From the human T2T-CHM13v2.0 reference genome, Homo sapiens: 64,000 bases of DNA. The notes under the pieces were generated by a model, which ran no database searches, was not told where the DNA came from, and was given only the letters and a program-made list of their open reading frames with translations. Shown one piece after another: positions 14,133-31,313 of this stretch; the first letter of the stretch is position 1, and the number at the start of each line of letters is the position of its first letter. Position numbers and translations under genes: made by a program. The DNA lies in NCBI RefSeq assembly GCF_009914755.1, contig NC_060925.1; one strand, written 5' to 3'.

Positions 14133-17100
14133 ACCACAACTACCCTTGACACCAGAATTTCTAAACTTTCTTAGGAAGAGACCTCAGCTGCAGGTCGGGA
14201 GCGTGGTCTCCAGGCCCAGCTTTGCCGTCCTCTGTGGCTTGGTTGAGGTCCCAACCCTCTGCCAGCCTATAAAATGGGGGATTTGGGCTCGCTCATCTAT
14301 GGTTAGCTCAAACACTTTGTGACCCTATATAAACTGTTGCTTCTCTGTCCTAAATGAACTGCAAGCGAAAGACAGACAGTTTCCAGTACTGTACTCAGGA
14401 GCAAACTTTATTCAATGGCATCTCAAAAGCATACCTTGAATAGGCAAGCAATGGGCAACTTAAGAGATGCCCAGGCCACCACACCCTAAGGCAGACACCA
14501 CTGCTTGCTCTTTTTCTTGATTAGAGTTCGAAAGGATGTGTGTCTGTCAAGAGGGAGGGAAACAGCATATCTGGCATTTGTGTTTTAAAAATTATCCATA
14601 GTTTGGGAATTTTCTATTAAAAAAAGGAGAGACAGGGAAAGAAAGAAGGAAGAAAGGAAGGAAGGGAGAGAAGGAGGGAAAGAAAAGTCAGTCAGTTTAG
14701 GAATTTTCTATTGAAAAAATAAATAAATAATACAAAAAGTACCCAGATGATGCTGATGCTCAGTTCCAGCAAAGAACCAGTGATCTTGACACAAATATCT
14801 TTCTGATTTTCCTGGGCCACTTATATTTATTATCCTGTAAGCCTGGAATTTCAGGCCAGCCAAGCAGAAGAGCACAGAATTAAAAGTGCAGGCTCTGGAA
14901 CCTGCCTACCTCCCTGCCTGGGTTCAGATCTTGGCTCCGCCACTCACCAGCTGAGAAACTGTGGATAAATTGCTCAGCTCCTAAAAAAAAAAAAAAAAAA
15001 AATCAATAGCCTCTATTCTCATTGTTAGTATTTCCATGGTTTCTTTTCCACTCTGCTAGTGGGCAGACTCACCTCAGGAAGGAGCAGCAGGTACAGCCAG
15101 GCTCTGAAAACAGAAGCGCCCCATCCCACTGTGTTCCTCCCGCTCCTCTCCCAATCCAGCACTGAGGTGGTACATGAGAAGGAACCAGATGGTCACCTTC
15201 GCTCAGAAGACAGCCAGCATAGTCAGGCAGGGTGACAATGTGCCAGTGACACTGCCTCATGAGGAAGGGAAACTCTCAAATAGGAAAAGACTTGGGATAT
15301 CTTACCTCAAACCCCAAAAGGAGGACCTTCCAAACCACTGCACTCCTCTCCAAACCAATACGATTATTTTATACAAAGTCAAAGCCTCCCAGCCTGGAGG
15401 CCCCACAGAGCCCTTGATGCTGGGTGTGACAGCTGAGCATCCAAACAGATCTAATTTAACTCTCTCCTAACTACTACCCTTTAATCTGAAGGTCATTTAC
15501 TTTCCACCACCCCATGCCCTAAAACAAAAACCAAACCTGTGTTCTTCTCTCCAAGCTAAATATCTCAGGCCCTTCCCCTATTTTCATTATGACCTCTCGT
15601 CCACTAACACCCGTGGCCTTTCCTCTAGACTTACTCCTGTTTTCCAGGATTCCTCTGCAGAATTGCATCTGGATGCCATCAACATGCCCCCAGGAATCTG
15701 ACTCGGCCAGCTCTGACGTCCCTATCTTTGCTAGGATTTCATAAAAGAAATAATAACTTTAATCGAGAAAGCCACACTCTCTCGGGGTCACATAGTATGT
15801 GCTCAAAAACCATGGAAGAAGATCATCTGGAATCCTAGATCTACTCTCCTGCTGAGTCCCTCTGACATCAGTAGGGTGGGTAAACCCAAGACTCGATTTC
15901 TTACCCCAGGAATGAATAATGGAAAAACACCTAAGTAGCAGTGGGCACCCTGGTATCAGAGCAGGTCTGCTTTTCTCCTTCCTGGGATGGTTTGAGGTCG
16001 GCCCAGGTAAACACAGGAGCCTGAACGCTTCTAGGTTTCAAAGGCTCTGACTCCCCATGACCCCATTCCAGCCAGACACGTGGCTCCAGGCTTTTCTCCT
16101 GACAGTGCCATTTCCAAGGTATTCCCAGGCCCACCGAGGTGATGCACCCGGCAGGGAGTCGAAAGCAAAGAGGATCTCTCCCTGGACACTTCTGCACTGT
16201 AGCACCCAGATGACTCACAAAGCTGCCTTGTCGTCAGGTGGAACACTGGCCTAGAAAGGAATCCTGACCGCCTAGGAATACAGCGCAGCCCCGCACACAC
16301 CTATTACACAACCCGACACATGGCAAAAGTTCAGACGGATTTAACAAGGATTAGACGCACACACATACATATGCACACGCACACACACGCCTACACACCT
16401 CCCAGCCTCTCAATGCCACTGTCTTCAGGCACCAGACTAAACTTCCTGATTTACCAGAAATCCTCTAAATCAGCTCGGAGGACATAAGGTAAGTCACTGC
16501 ACAGTAAACCAGACTTCCTAGCCCGGGCCCCTCTTCCTCAGCTGTGGCTGTTTAAACAGCGACACTTAACATTTTCTAGAGGGAGGTGGAAGATCCGTAG
16601 GCAGCACTCCACCATCTGGTCTGACTGTTCTTCAGGCTTACGCCCTTGACTCCCAACCTGCACAGCCCCGACTGTCCCCCATGACACCCTCATCCCCACT
16701 GCATCTGTGAATGCTCCTCGACCACCCGCCCTGTACCTGATTCCCTCCACTCTTCAGACTGTGATTGGTTCAGCCAGTGTTCATCCTTTGCCCTCGGCAT
16801 CTCCACCTGTCTTAGGACATTTACTACTCTCTATATTATCGGTGTGCACACAGGTCTTCTCTCTCCTGACACAGGACAAGCTCCATGAAGGCAAACACCA
16901 TTTCCCTTTTGGATCTCTCAGCACCCAGCCCAGAAACTCAGAGCAGACAGGCAGATATTTGGTGAATCAGTGAAAACGCCTGGCTGCAGAGATCTCACCC
17001 TCCCAGAGAACACGTAGCCGCAGAAGTGGCCTGGCAGTGGGGTGGTGCTGGCACCCACAGACCCTCTGGCTGCATCCCTCGGGCAGTCACAGAGGTGCAG

Positions 17101-18130
17101 ACTGAACGGGCAGCCGCCGAGTGCCCTGTACACAAGGTGTCCCTGTGGGAAGCATCAGACCACTGAGTTCCCGCGTGCCTCCCATCACATCAAGGGCCAA
17201 AGACACCCAACCAAGTTTCCTCCAGGAGCGCTCTTTAGAGGGCAGATCTGGTGGTCAGTCTCTCTACACTGAAGGTATGTGGGTCTTGGATGCAGGAAGG
17301 GGAGAGAGCAACCATCCAAAAGGACTTGATTGCAAGACATGGTTAAGTCACCATGAACAAGAACTTCTCACCCTTCCAGAAAAAGAGTGGCTGGGGAGCC
17401 GCCGAGCAAGCCACTCTCCGAGCAGAAGCAGCCTGGATCTCAACGGTGTGTTCTCGCATGCCCTTGGAGGACGGCTGGTCTCCACATTCACAGCTGGATT
17501 CAGAAAATACAGCTCTCTTTTGAAAGCACACGTTTTGAAAATGCAGACAGGCTCATTTAAGAAAAACATGGAATGCTCAAACCCTGCAATTTGTGGTCCC
17601 TTATTCTCCACTTTAAATTCAAGAACAATCAGCAGCTTCCATGGCCGTAAACTGCGAGCGCAGGTCCTTCCGCTCTCTGCGCAGGCTTCCTGCTTCCTTC
17701 CTGATCATTCACTCCTCTTCTCCCATGCCCAGAGCTCCCCTCCACCCCTCCCGCAACACACACAGGTGGCCCCGAGAGCCACAGCATTCCCAACAATGGG
17801 GCCAAACAAGCCCAAACCACCCTTGAAACTGCTTCCTTTCACTTGGGATTTTCAAAACAGTAGGCTCCACATACAAATACACTCCAGACAGGGCGGTGGC
17901 TCCCAGCTGGGTGTTAAGTCACTGAAAGTCTCTGAGTATCTCTGGAGGCTGCATGGGGGAGAGAGTTCTTCCTAACTTAAAGCAAGGACAATAGAAATAT
18001 GACCACTAGGAAACAAGGCTTAAAAGATGAGAGGAACCTTTAAAAGGAAATTTGTGTTGATTTAAACCAAAACATCATGAAAAATGTTAAGATTTTTTTA
18101 GAAATTAAAAAACTGCCATTTGCAGATTAC

Positions 18131-18457
<327 letters not shown>

Positions 18458-19604
18458 TCAGTGGCAGAGTGGGGAGGTGACCAGATCTGCAGGACTCTGA
18501 AATGGGTGCTTTGACAATCACCCTGCACTGCCTGTACAGGGAAGATGAAGAGAGAGGCCCCAGTCTCAGCAGTGGTATAGCAACCTGCTTGGATCACAGG
18601 CCATTTTTATTCCTGGCTTTTCTGAATTTTCTAAGTTTTCTATTGTGAAAATGTATTAACAATGAGAAAACTTTCACAGTTATCTTTTAAAAACACAATG
18701 AATGAGTAAGTATATACAGATGGCTCACAAATTTATTTTAAAGACTTGGTAAATGCCCCAAATCTAATCACAGTGTCTAGTTTATATCCACAGGCCTGGA
18801 CTGTAATTGAAGAAAGCAGAGATCCAATCGATTATAACCTGATTTCTGATAAAAGATATGTTGACTGAAGGATGCTGCCCTGCATAGTGTTTAGAAAAAG
18901 CCGAAGAGAGACTTCATCAGTGTTGATGCAGTTGGAGACGGGCTATGAGCCCAGCTACCCAAGCTTGACAGAAACACCCTTGAAGGACTCTCAGCTCCCT
19001 GGTGGGTTCCAGCTCTGTGCTCACTAAACGGCTTCTGATGACCTGGTCTCCTATGTAGCCTTCTCCTCCCATGGGCGGAAACATATTCGTGTCATCTGGT
19101 CAGCTTCATCTCCTGTTAATATTTTAGACCTGCCAAGCTGAGGACTAGACTCTAAAGCGCCATCAGGATTCAGAGACAGAAGATAAACCGGGTTGCATGA
19201 CTGTGCCCCCAGATTAACCCCCATTAAACCCAAAGCACATCCCACCTCTATACTTTCCAGGAAACTCCTCTACCAGGTAAAGCTGTTTGAATTGGATTTT
19301 CTGCTAACTTACAAGTGAGGGCATCCACACTGACACAGAGACTGTTCTGCAATTTAACAATTCTCAGAAGGACATTCTTGTTTATCTCTAACCTAAACTA
19401 ACATTCATACAAACTAAGCCCATTTCCTCTTGTTCTGTCCTGGATATAGATGAAGAAAAGCAATTGACCATTTTCTTTAAGAAATGTCTTTGTACATTCT
19501 TTTATTTTTTTTCTGATTATAAAAATAAACACTCTAATTGTATTATAAATTCAAATGGTTCGTAATCATACAAACCAGTTCTCCTTAATTCCCTGTTATA
19601 AAAT

Positions 19605-20550
<946 letters not shown>

Positions 20551-21514
20551 TGGTTCTTCAGATATCCACTTGTAGTAGTTTAGCATATATTCCTCAAAGC
20601 ACTATGCACACTCATATTGTTTTTTCTCTACTGTTACCACATACACAAAGTTAGGTAAGTACTGTTTTGTAACTTTACACTGTGAACATCTTTCTATATA
20701 CATATATAGTTACCATATTCTTTTCAACAATTGTACAGTATTCTATCACTATTATAAAAAATCCTGCAATACACATCCATGTATAAGTGCCATTATCCAC
20801 TTGTGTGGATGCTTCTGTAAGGTACACTTGTGAATATGAAATTGTGGGGGACAAGGAGGACAAGGAGAGAAGAATGCCCAAGGCGCCTTTCCAATCCTCC
20901 CCAACCCCGGGCCTCAAGTCCAAAGCAATGGGAAAATGTAATGGGAAGAAAGACGTTTACCAATAAAGTGATTCAATTTGGACTACTTTTCATCACAAAA
21001 TAATTTTATGTCTGTATTGGTATAAGAAAGAGTCAATAATTGGCTTTAGCTGTATGAAGATCTAACAGTCATACTGCAAACATTTTACATCCCTTTTGTG
21101 ACCTAACTTAAACATATTTTAAAATTATATTGCAATTCTGCTTTGCTATTTAATAGAAAGCCATTTCAGAGTTTTTAAAAAATGCAATTACAAGGTCAAA
21201 AGACAGGCACATATTCAATTTCAGAGGTATTACCAAACTGCGCTCAAAAAAACCCTGCAGCACTTTACACCGCCACGCCCCACCCCGCCCCCGCCAGCCC
21301 CCACCCCCCACCCCCAGCAATGCATGAGAAGGTTTACTTCTCCAAACCCTCACTGTGACAGGATCATGCTTTTCTACCTTTGTCAGTCTTGGAGGTACAA
21401 CGTGATACCTTATTGTCTTAATGTATACATCCGTGGTTATAAGGAATGTTAAACACCTTGCCACTTCTCTTTTAGCAGCATTTAATTTGGATATTTTATA
21501 TCCAATTTTAATTG

Positions 21515-21610
21515 CAATTGAGAGTCCCAAAGAGCTTTTGTTTATGTGAGCTATACCTGTCAATATTTACCTTATTAGAAATTAAAGCTGAGAAACTTTA
21601 TTAATCCATT
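21515..21610. mobile_element. Second Charlie1-like fragment, adjacent to an old L1 remnant (~21180-21480)
   Basis: Homologous to 19650-19730. Confidence 0.65.
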
Positions 21611-23402
21611 TAGGTTAACCAAATCACCCACCTAAGAATACACTCGCTTTCACCTGCATCTCAGTCACCTTCTTCCTCAGCCTAGGCTCTCCTGGCTGGG
21701 AGAGGCCTGGGGTTCCCCAACAATTACCCGCTGACTAGGGAGCTCTGGGCAGAGGACAGAGGCCCTCCCTTCTCCCCAGATCCCTCCACTGGTCAAAGAT
21801 GGTGCCTCCCTCCCGAATCCTTGAGACTCAGAAAGCGCACACCTGCAAAACTAGGCCAGCTCATGGCTGTCGGGGCCAATCAAGGAAGTGAACAGAGAGT
21901 GCCCACAAAAACGGGAAAGGCCACATGTCTTAATGAATTTCTGTAGACTTCTAAAGTAGGCTAAAGGTTTTTCTGTCTCCAGAGTTCCTGGGAGAGGGTG
22001 ACCATCTGTGTTAAGTGTCTGTGGGGAACGAGCCACAGGAAGTAGTGAGCAGCCTTTATGACTCCTGTCTAATCATCACTTCCAAACATTAGGAACACGT
22101 GGGCAAAGGCCAAGGCGGCCAGGAGGCCAGGGCTCCATATGGAGAATGACACTGGCAACGGGGGCAAATATCTGAGCAGCCAGCCTCGGGGGATCGCTTC
22201 CTGAGCATGGAGTCTGTGGTCTGTCTGGTTTCCTCCACAGCATTATGAAAAGCTTGGTTTTTCAAAGTGGGGTCTAAAGTCTCCATGGAGTTCCTGCAGG
22301 CATTCCCAGAGCGAAACTGCGAAACTTCCATCTGCAGCTTGGTGGGAGTGAACTGCAAGCCAGGCATGGTTCCCTTCTTGAACCCTCCCTAAACATCCTT
22401 GCCCACCTGGCCTCAGGGGGCTACAGCCATGTCGGTGAGACCAGGACCCAGAGCAGGGGAGGCACCGCTGTCTGCAAGGTACAGAAATGCCAGGGCTATT
22501 GCTCACTTGAGGCTATCTGCAAATGAAGAGGTGCCCACACTGCCAATTATTGGGGCACCTTTACATTTACATTGAACAGATGCTTACCTTTAAACAAAAG
22601 GGAAAAAAAGGAGAAGGGTTGTAAGATATTTATGAGTTAGGAAAAATATCAATTTATAGTACTTTGCAGGTAGGTACAGTAATAGAGCAAAGTTTAAAGT
22701 GGTATTTTTACTTTTAATCCTTTATATCTTCAAATCTCGGGAGAAGAACTCTAACCTCACTTGGAGATAGCATCAAGTGAATGAAGCCAGGCAATGACCC
22801 ACACACTGCCCTTACTGTCCCCCACCCCACACCAAAGACATGGGCATGCTTTCATACACACAAACTAATATATATTCTTTTTTCAGTTTTTGCTTTTATA
22901 GGGTGGACATTGGGATGGGGATGGGACAAGTACAGGGTAGCAGTGGCCTGAAAATCTTAATAACTGGTGTAGACAGCCTAATTTTTGATGAACTGAGCTC
23001 AAGAATAGCAAACTTGTACCTTTCTTCCTTTTCTGCTTCCCATTCTTTGCATTCAAGGAATTCACAGCAACTAGGTATAGCTGTGAAGTGTCCTTGGGGA
23101 CCCCAAGCAATATGCTTGGTGACAGGCCCCGCACGTGTGCCCAAAAGTTATGACAGAGCCAACTTCTTCTGTAGGCACCAGAAAGAACCATAGAGGCATG
23201 AGGGGTAAAGAATACTGCCATGGCCAAAAGGACCCTTTATGGCATTTAATTCTCATTTTCCCAATAAGAGATTTTAGCCCAAAAGAGTGAAGTGGCTTGT
23301 CAGAACTGTATCACATAGTTTATTAACACCAAATTCGAGCTTTTGATCCTTGATTCATGTGCTTCTCCAGTCTTAAACGGCTTGTTAAAAATGCAGATTC
23401 CT

Positions 23403-23780
<378 letters not shown>

Positions 23781-26700
23781 CTAGGAGATTCTGGAGCTGG
23801 CGGTCCATCCTTTGGGGATCGCTGTGCTAGACTATGCTAGTGGAAAGACTAGTGAAAACAGACAGTATTAAAGGCCGCTAGACATCCCCAGTCTCCTCTG
23901 ACCAACGCCAATCAAGAATGCTGCACTAGGAGCGAATCCCCTTATTCTAAATGGCACTTCATAGCCTGACTCAATCACAGCCTCTTAAAGACTAAAACTT
24001 CCTCTGTAAGACACTGGTTTCACATAAAGGATAAGGACTGTACTCCACTGGGGTGTCAGCTATTCCAGCTAATGAGCTGGAATCCAGTTCACTGGACAAG
24101 CTCATTAGGCATTTAGTTGTTTCAACTAAAATGTAGGAAGGCTAATTGTTACTAGTTTCACAAATTCAACTTTTTTTTTCCTTAGGTTCAATTCTTTACA
24201 CAACATTGCAATTTGGGAATTCAAAAGTTCTGTGTGGATGACTTCCCACTCTGCACAGGTGGGAGACCAAAATAACTGATAGTTTAAAGAAAAAAATGAG
24301 GCAAAGAGATTCCAAATCAAAGCTACTAGACCTTGCTGCTGACTGTGGGAGCAGCTGAACCCAAGAATCCCCAGGGATGCTGCTCCTCAAAGATCTCCTG
24401 CCCCCAGGGCTGAAGGTCTTTGTGTCTCTACACTCTAGTGTGACTTCTGGTTACCTGTAAGGTTGATGATCTAACCTCGCACGGGTGCTGGGAAGGGCAG
24501 TCTATGTAAAAATCTATGCAAGGACTGGTGTGTGCCAGGGGTCCCAGCTGACACCCAGTCAGGGACATCCTTCAACCACATGCAAATATTTTAAAGGCCA
24601 ACCAAGATCTAGTTAGCCAAGCTAGCCATCAGCTTAGCAGATAAAAAATCTTTCAAATTGTGGGACCCTTGAGGGCAAAGTATTTTTATATAGAACGGGG
24701 TCTGCAGTAGATGTCTACTACTTTACCCCTTGCTCCATTTTTGCAAACTGTCCTTTCTTTAGAGAATCCCCAGTGTCCGACTCCATCCACATGCTCACAC
24801 CATCTTATTAAAATACAATCTTGTCCTTGTCACTGTTGGCTGGCCCAGGCTGGCCAGGCCACCTAAGCTAGGCCAATTGGCATCCTTCCACAGTATTTGC
24901 AAACTGCAACTAAGCAGCAAGGCCAAAATTGAGGGTGGCCACTGTTAGAGGCCAGGTTCCAAAATGGAGGAAAAAAACAAAACAGAGGAGGAGGGGAAGA
25001 GAATACCTCAGTGGACTTCCTGGATTCCCCATAAGCCCTAGTTCTAGCCTGTCTCTGTATACATCCAGTCTATAAGATTGTCCTTTTGAAAAAGCTAGTT
25101 CAAACTAAGTTTCTATTACTAATATAGAGTCTTTGGTCATGAAAAATGAAAACTAGTCTAAACTAAAGCAATTCTTTTTCTGTAAAGATGCCCACATCTA
25201 CCAGGTGTGATAAGCCCCTTAACATCTAGATATTTCCTATTCACCCTTAAACCATCCACAGTACTTGCTATCTAACATACACCCAGTAATCATCTCTTAA
25301 ACGTGATCTAAAGATATTCTCTGATGTAAAAATCATCATCATCAACTTTTTCAAAAGGACTTTTTTGGTCTGTAGAGCAATAACTATCTGTGTGACCCTT
25401 GAAGCTTTCCAAATGGGCCCTTCTGGGGAGGGGACGAGGACTTATGAGTAGTGCAGAATTTCACAGGGGTTACTAGAACAGGAAGTGTTGAAACGTGGAG
25501 CTGAAACCACAACTCTCCAAGCAGAGGAGGGCATCAGCAGTCATGAGACAGACCCTTCTCAGCCCTGGGCTCCAGCTCTCCCAGCCTCCACCCTCGGCAT
25601 CCAAATGGCCTCTCCTCCCATTGAGATGGTATTACTCCCTCAGCTCCAACCATCTCTTCTACTGGCTATCTCCAGACCAAAACCTCTCTTCCAGCTTCCA
25701 GCTCCACATTCTGAAATGTTTAACATGCTCTTCAGCTGATGCGATGACAAATTACCTTCCTCCCTAAAGCAGCTACTCCTCCTGACTCCCCAAGTGCCAT
25801 AATGAACCCCACTTTACCAGTGATTGATTATTAAGCTTCAAAACCTTGCCAACTGCCATACAGTGGTATACTACACACTCACTGAAGTCATTATAATATA
25901 TCTTGACTGGGAAAATAATTGCAATGTGCAGCCCAAAAAGCAAACCAAAATATATGTGATCAATGTGTTGTATGTATGTATGTGTGTGTGTGTGAGAGTG
26001 CATGCATGTGCACAGACAGCAGACTGCAATGGTTAAATAGGGCTGTGGAGCCAAAGAGACCTGGTAGGGTCTGTGACCTTATGGGAGTTCAACTCTCAGC
26101 ATCCAATTCTTTAATATAAAACAGACTTTGAGTATCTATCTCATGGAGAATTTATACCATTAAATAAGATACTATATAGAAAGCACTTACATTGCATCTA
26201 ACAGAAGATATCCCAAAATACTAAAAGTGATTATTTCTAGGTGCTGGCACTGTAATTTTTAATTTTTTGCTTGGCTACATTTTCCATGAAAAAGCTTAAG
26301 TTATCTTTGATCCCCTTTTCATCATCTTCCTTGACTCAGTAATTCCTCCAGCTTCGGCTTCAGAAAAGTGTCTCCCACATGAGTCTTGTTTCACATTAGC
26401 AAGCCCCCTACCCTGCTGGGGACTCCATCACCTCTCCCATGAACACCTCTCATCTTCCTGTTGAGCCTCCAAAGTCCAGCTCTCCCTTCTGCACCCTGCT
26501 GTAGAATTCATTTCTTCAAAGTCCAACTGGGATAATACCATTTTCCTGCTGAATGCCCATCCTTGCTACTCAGGCTTCTCAGAGTCCACTTGGTCCACCT
26601 GCCCAGGCCCTTCTTGCTCACATTTCAAACTGGCGCACTCCCAGTTCCAGCTCCGCAGCTACCTTCCTGGTGCCTCTTTCCCTTGTCGAAATTCTGTCGC

Positions 26701-28381
26701 CTTCTGAGGTCTTCCACACCACCCTGCTCCCTGTCCCTATTAGAAGTTGCCCCTCTTTCCATGCTTGCTTTAAAAAAAAAAATTTCTTTAAGGCATTTAT
26801 CACATTCTACCATGACATCTAGTTATGTCCCCTGCCACAGATTTGACGTCAGGCCTTCAATTTAAACAGATCAACACAAACTATTTTGCAGATATCTCAG
26901 GAATGAACTCCCAGTTCTTGTTTTGCAAGGCCTCCCCAGAGGGAGTCTCAGCTTGAGTTGTCCACTCAGACCCCATGGCCCCAAGTCAGTAAATCAATTA
27001 AAAAGCCGAAAGATTCTCTGGGCAACTTTAAAGGCCTTGTGACATTTCTTGAAAGGAACTTGTCAAAGCCTGCAGCCATATCTTATCTTTATCTCAGCTA
27101 AATACCAGGCAGACCAAAGATGGCTGTTTATTTTTCTTGTGCTTCAAATAGGCTTACAGAGAGCTCTGGTCCAAGGCGTAATTATACGGATGTGGTTGTG
27201 CTTCAGTCACACCAGGAGGGACCTGGAAAAATACTTCTGGGAATGGCACGTTGACTCCCAAGCCACCATAGCAAGACTCCAGAGCATGTTTATAAACCAC
27301 AGCTTCACAACAGGAGCGGCCCCGAGGTTTTTCTATCTCTTGCTCAAGTATGGAATTTAAATAATCAAAGATGATCTTCCTACTTCACCCCCGTGGTTCT
27401 GCTATGTCCAAGTTCAGACTGTAAACACACTACGTGTAGATTTATCTAATTAAAATGCAGTTCACCAGCTGTGTGATGCTTATGTCAATGAATGTTTTTT
27501 AATAAATTAAAAACGGTTGGCTTGGAATTTAAGTGGTTCTGTAAGAAGCTTAGAAAATCTTTTCAGTGAGAATTGGAAATCACTTCAATGCCAGCTACAG
27601 AGTAGGAAGACAATATCTCTTTGATTAAAAGTGTTAAGGCTGCTTTCTGAATTCAATTAAGTCTTAGTTTTCAGAACAGATAATGCTCCTGAAAAAAAAA
27701 GTATGCATACCCTGAATTTTTCTAAACAATATCTTAAATGCACTAGATACATATTTAAAAGATTCCTATAACAATTTATTTTTTGGCAAATTTAGTTTTG
27801 GGAAAAGGCAGCTTTCCTAATGTTAGATTTCTTAATAATTTACCTATAGGGAAAGGAGACAACCTGGACGAGGTGAATGGAAAGGGAGGCTTTTAAAACG
27901 AGGGGATTGGGAGGAGGTGATGGGGGCCAGTAAGATGGTAGAAAAGAGGAAAAGTTTTTGATTTCTTCTTGCCTGGCCTACGCCTGGCCGAGAAAGCTGG
28001 GGAAAGACTCGCTGTTGCCTAAATCCCTGCCCTTGTCCTACTTTTAGCGTCACCCTAAATCATGTGTGTTCTGGTCCACAAACAGCTAATGTACTTCCCA
28101 AGCACAGAGAAACACTGAGCCCATGGTATGGAGCTTAGACACAAGGCGAAGAACTCACATGGACAGCACCCAGACCGGGAGGACAGCCACCTCCCACCTT
28201 TCTCAAGAGGGTTTGGGCAATCAGCTTCGCGGGGCTGAGGGACCCGGCCGCCTCCCTCGCCCGGGGTGCGCGTCTGCTTTCGCAGCCATCTGTGCGCCGG
28301 GGCCATCCCGTGGTAATCGGATCACGGACGCGCGGCCTGGGGCGCCGGAAAGGGGGCCGGGCTGTTCCAATCTGCTGTCTA

Positions 28382-29359
<978 letters not shown>

Positions 29360-29469
29360 TCATCTCCAACTCCGCGTGACTACCCTCTAACCCCCCGACT
29401 CACCTCCAGCCCCGTCACGAACCCTTCTGTGCCACTCCCTAGCTCCGAACCTACTAAGCCCCCCGCGAC

Positions 29470-29830
29470 CCGCAGCTTCCCGGTTCACCCCCATCTCTGT
29501 CCCCACCTCCTCTGAACCACCTCCCAGCTTCCCGGCTCACCCCTAGCTCCGAACCCTCTCACCCGCGCCACCCCGAACCCCAGCTTCCCGGCTCACCCGC
29601 ATCTCTGTCCCCACCTCCTCTGTGCCAACCCCCAGCTTCCCGGCTCACCCCCAGTTCCGCCCCCACGCCCTCTGTGCCACCCTCAGCTCACTGGCTCACC
29701 CTCAGCTCCGAACCCACTCACCCCCCACCCCAGGCTTCCGGATCACCCCCATCTCTGCTCCCACCTCCTCTGTGCCACCCCCAGTTCACTGGCTCGCCCC
29801 CAGCCCCGTCTCCACTCCCTCTGTCCCACC
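29470..29830. repeat. Degenerate ~52-bp C-rich tandem repeat (~7 units) upstream of FAM89A
   Basis: CAGCTTCCCGGCTCACCC-like unit starts at 29473, 29525, 29581, 29633, 29684, 29731, 29782. Confidence 0.8.
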
Positions 29831-31023
29831 CCTCAACGCCCGCTCACCTCCAACCCGGCTCCAGACTTCCCCCTTACCTGCCAGCGCTCCTCAGCTCCTT
29901 GCCTCACCGATCCCTGCCCTGCCCAGGGGGCGGCCCAGCTTCAGATCCCACGAAGCAGGCCGTTGCAGGGGGTGGGGGTACCGAGGCTCTGGCTCACAAC
30001 CGGCAGGACGTCGAGGGCAGGAGGCCTGGCTCTGGTCCCAGGACCCCCGGCCCTCCCCGAGGGCGGAATCCAGCCCGCCTCCTGCTGCCTCCCACTCGCC
30101 GCGGGGGGCGGCTGGGGGCCCCAGACCCGGGCAGGTCGCTCCTTGCCGCCGGGCGCGCTGGCCTTCTCAGCACGGCCTTGTCCAGCAGTACCCGCAGCAG
30201 TCAGCAAGAACGCCAGACCCACTTTTGAAACTTCAAAACACTAGTAAACATGCCTTTCATTCTGGCCATAAACACAAGAGTAACTCTAAGTGGAAATGTC
30301 AGGAAACCAGAGAAAGGGATTAAATCTCGGAAATTATCCATCAGCTCAGGCAAAAATAAACACGACGCACACCTCAGAGGAAAAGAGAAAAGAGAGAGAG
30401 ACTCTGCCCCTCCCAGGAAAAGTAAAAATGACAGGCAGTTATAACCAGATTAGAGATAGAAAAGATCAAGAAGTAAACGCTACAGCCCAACCGCAGATTA
30501 AAAACTAATGCAGTGTATAGATTGGATAACTTTAATGCCCATTCATTATTGGCTTTAATTATAAAGGGATTTAATTTTCTAGATACATTCAAGGGGATCA
30601 AAATTATAAAGTGTTCTGAGCACTTCAGACACCCAACATAAAAGAGCCCTGCACTTTGGGTTGTTTTATACCCTTTACCACCTCCTAGAGCCCACCCCAG
30701 AAGCAGTGTCTTTGAAATTGGCACAATATTCTCCCTGGACGGTTGCAAGTGGGTGAGACTGATATGAAGAAGCTTTAGTGCAGGCGGTGTGATTGACAGC
30801 ACCCAGGCTTCCCACCCCACCCACTGCCCAGAATTTTCCGCCTCTTCACTGTGCCTCACCTTCTACTAATTACCTAGTCACATTTCTGGATGTCAGGTAT
30901 TTATTCATTCACTTATGTAAACGGTGGGTGTCTTCAGGAGAGTGACCAGTCTGCCTGTGTGGGAGTAAGGGAGAGGAAGGGGTGGGAAGCATTTTGACAT
31001 TCGGTTCACACCTTAGCATGAAT

Positions 31024-31313
31024 TTTTTTTTTTTTTTATGAGACAGTCTATCACTCAAGCTAGAGTGCAGTGGCGTGATCTCAGCTCACTGCAACCTCTG
31101 CCTCCTGGGTCAAGCAATTCTCCTGTCTCTGCCTCCCAAGTAGCTGGAATTACAGGCATGTGCCACGACGCCCGACTAATTTTTGTATTTTTAGTAGAAA
31201 TGGGGTTTCACGGTGTTGGCCAGGCTGGTCTCGAACTCCTGACCTCAGGTGATCCACCCACCTCGGCCTCCCAAAGTGCTGGGATTACAGGTGTGAGCCA
31301 TCGCGCCCAGCCT
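31024..31313 (-). mobile_element. Alu (AluS-like)
   Basis: Alu consensus; TSD GCATGAATTT. Confidence 0.93.

Noticed and set aside
17121-17975. 284-aa ORF antisense in the FAM89A intron
   Set aside because: Non-ATG start, no recognisable motif and no supporting gene structure.
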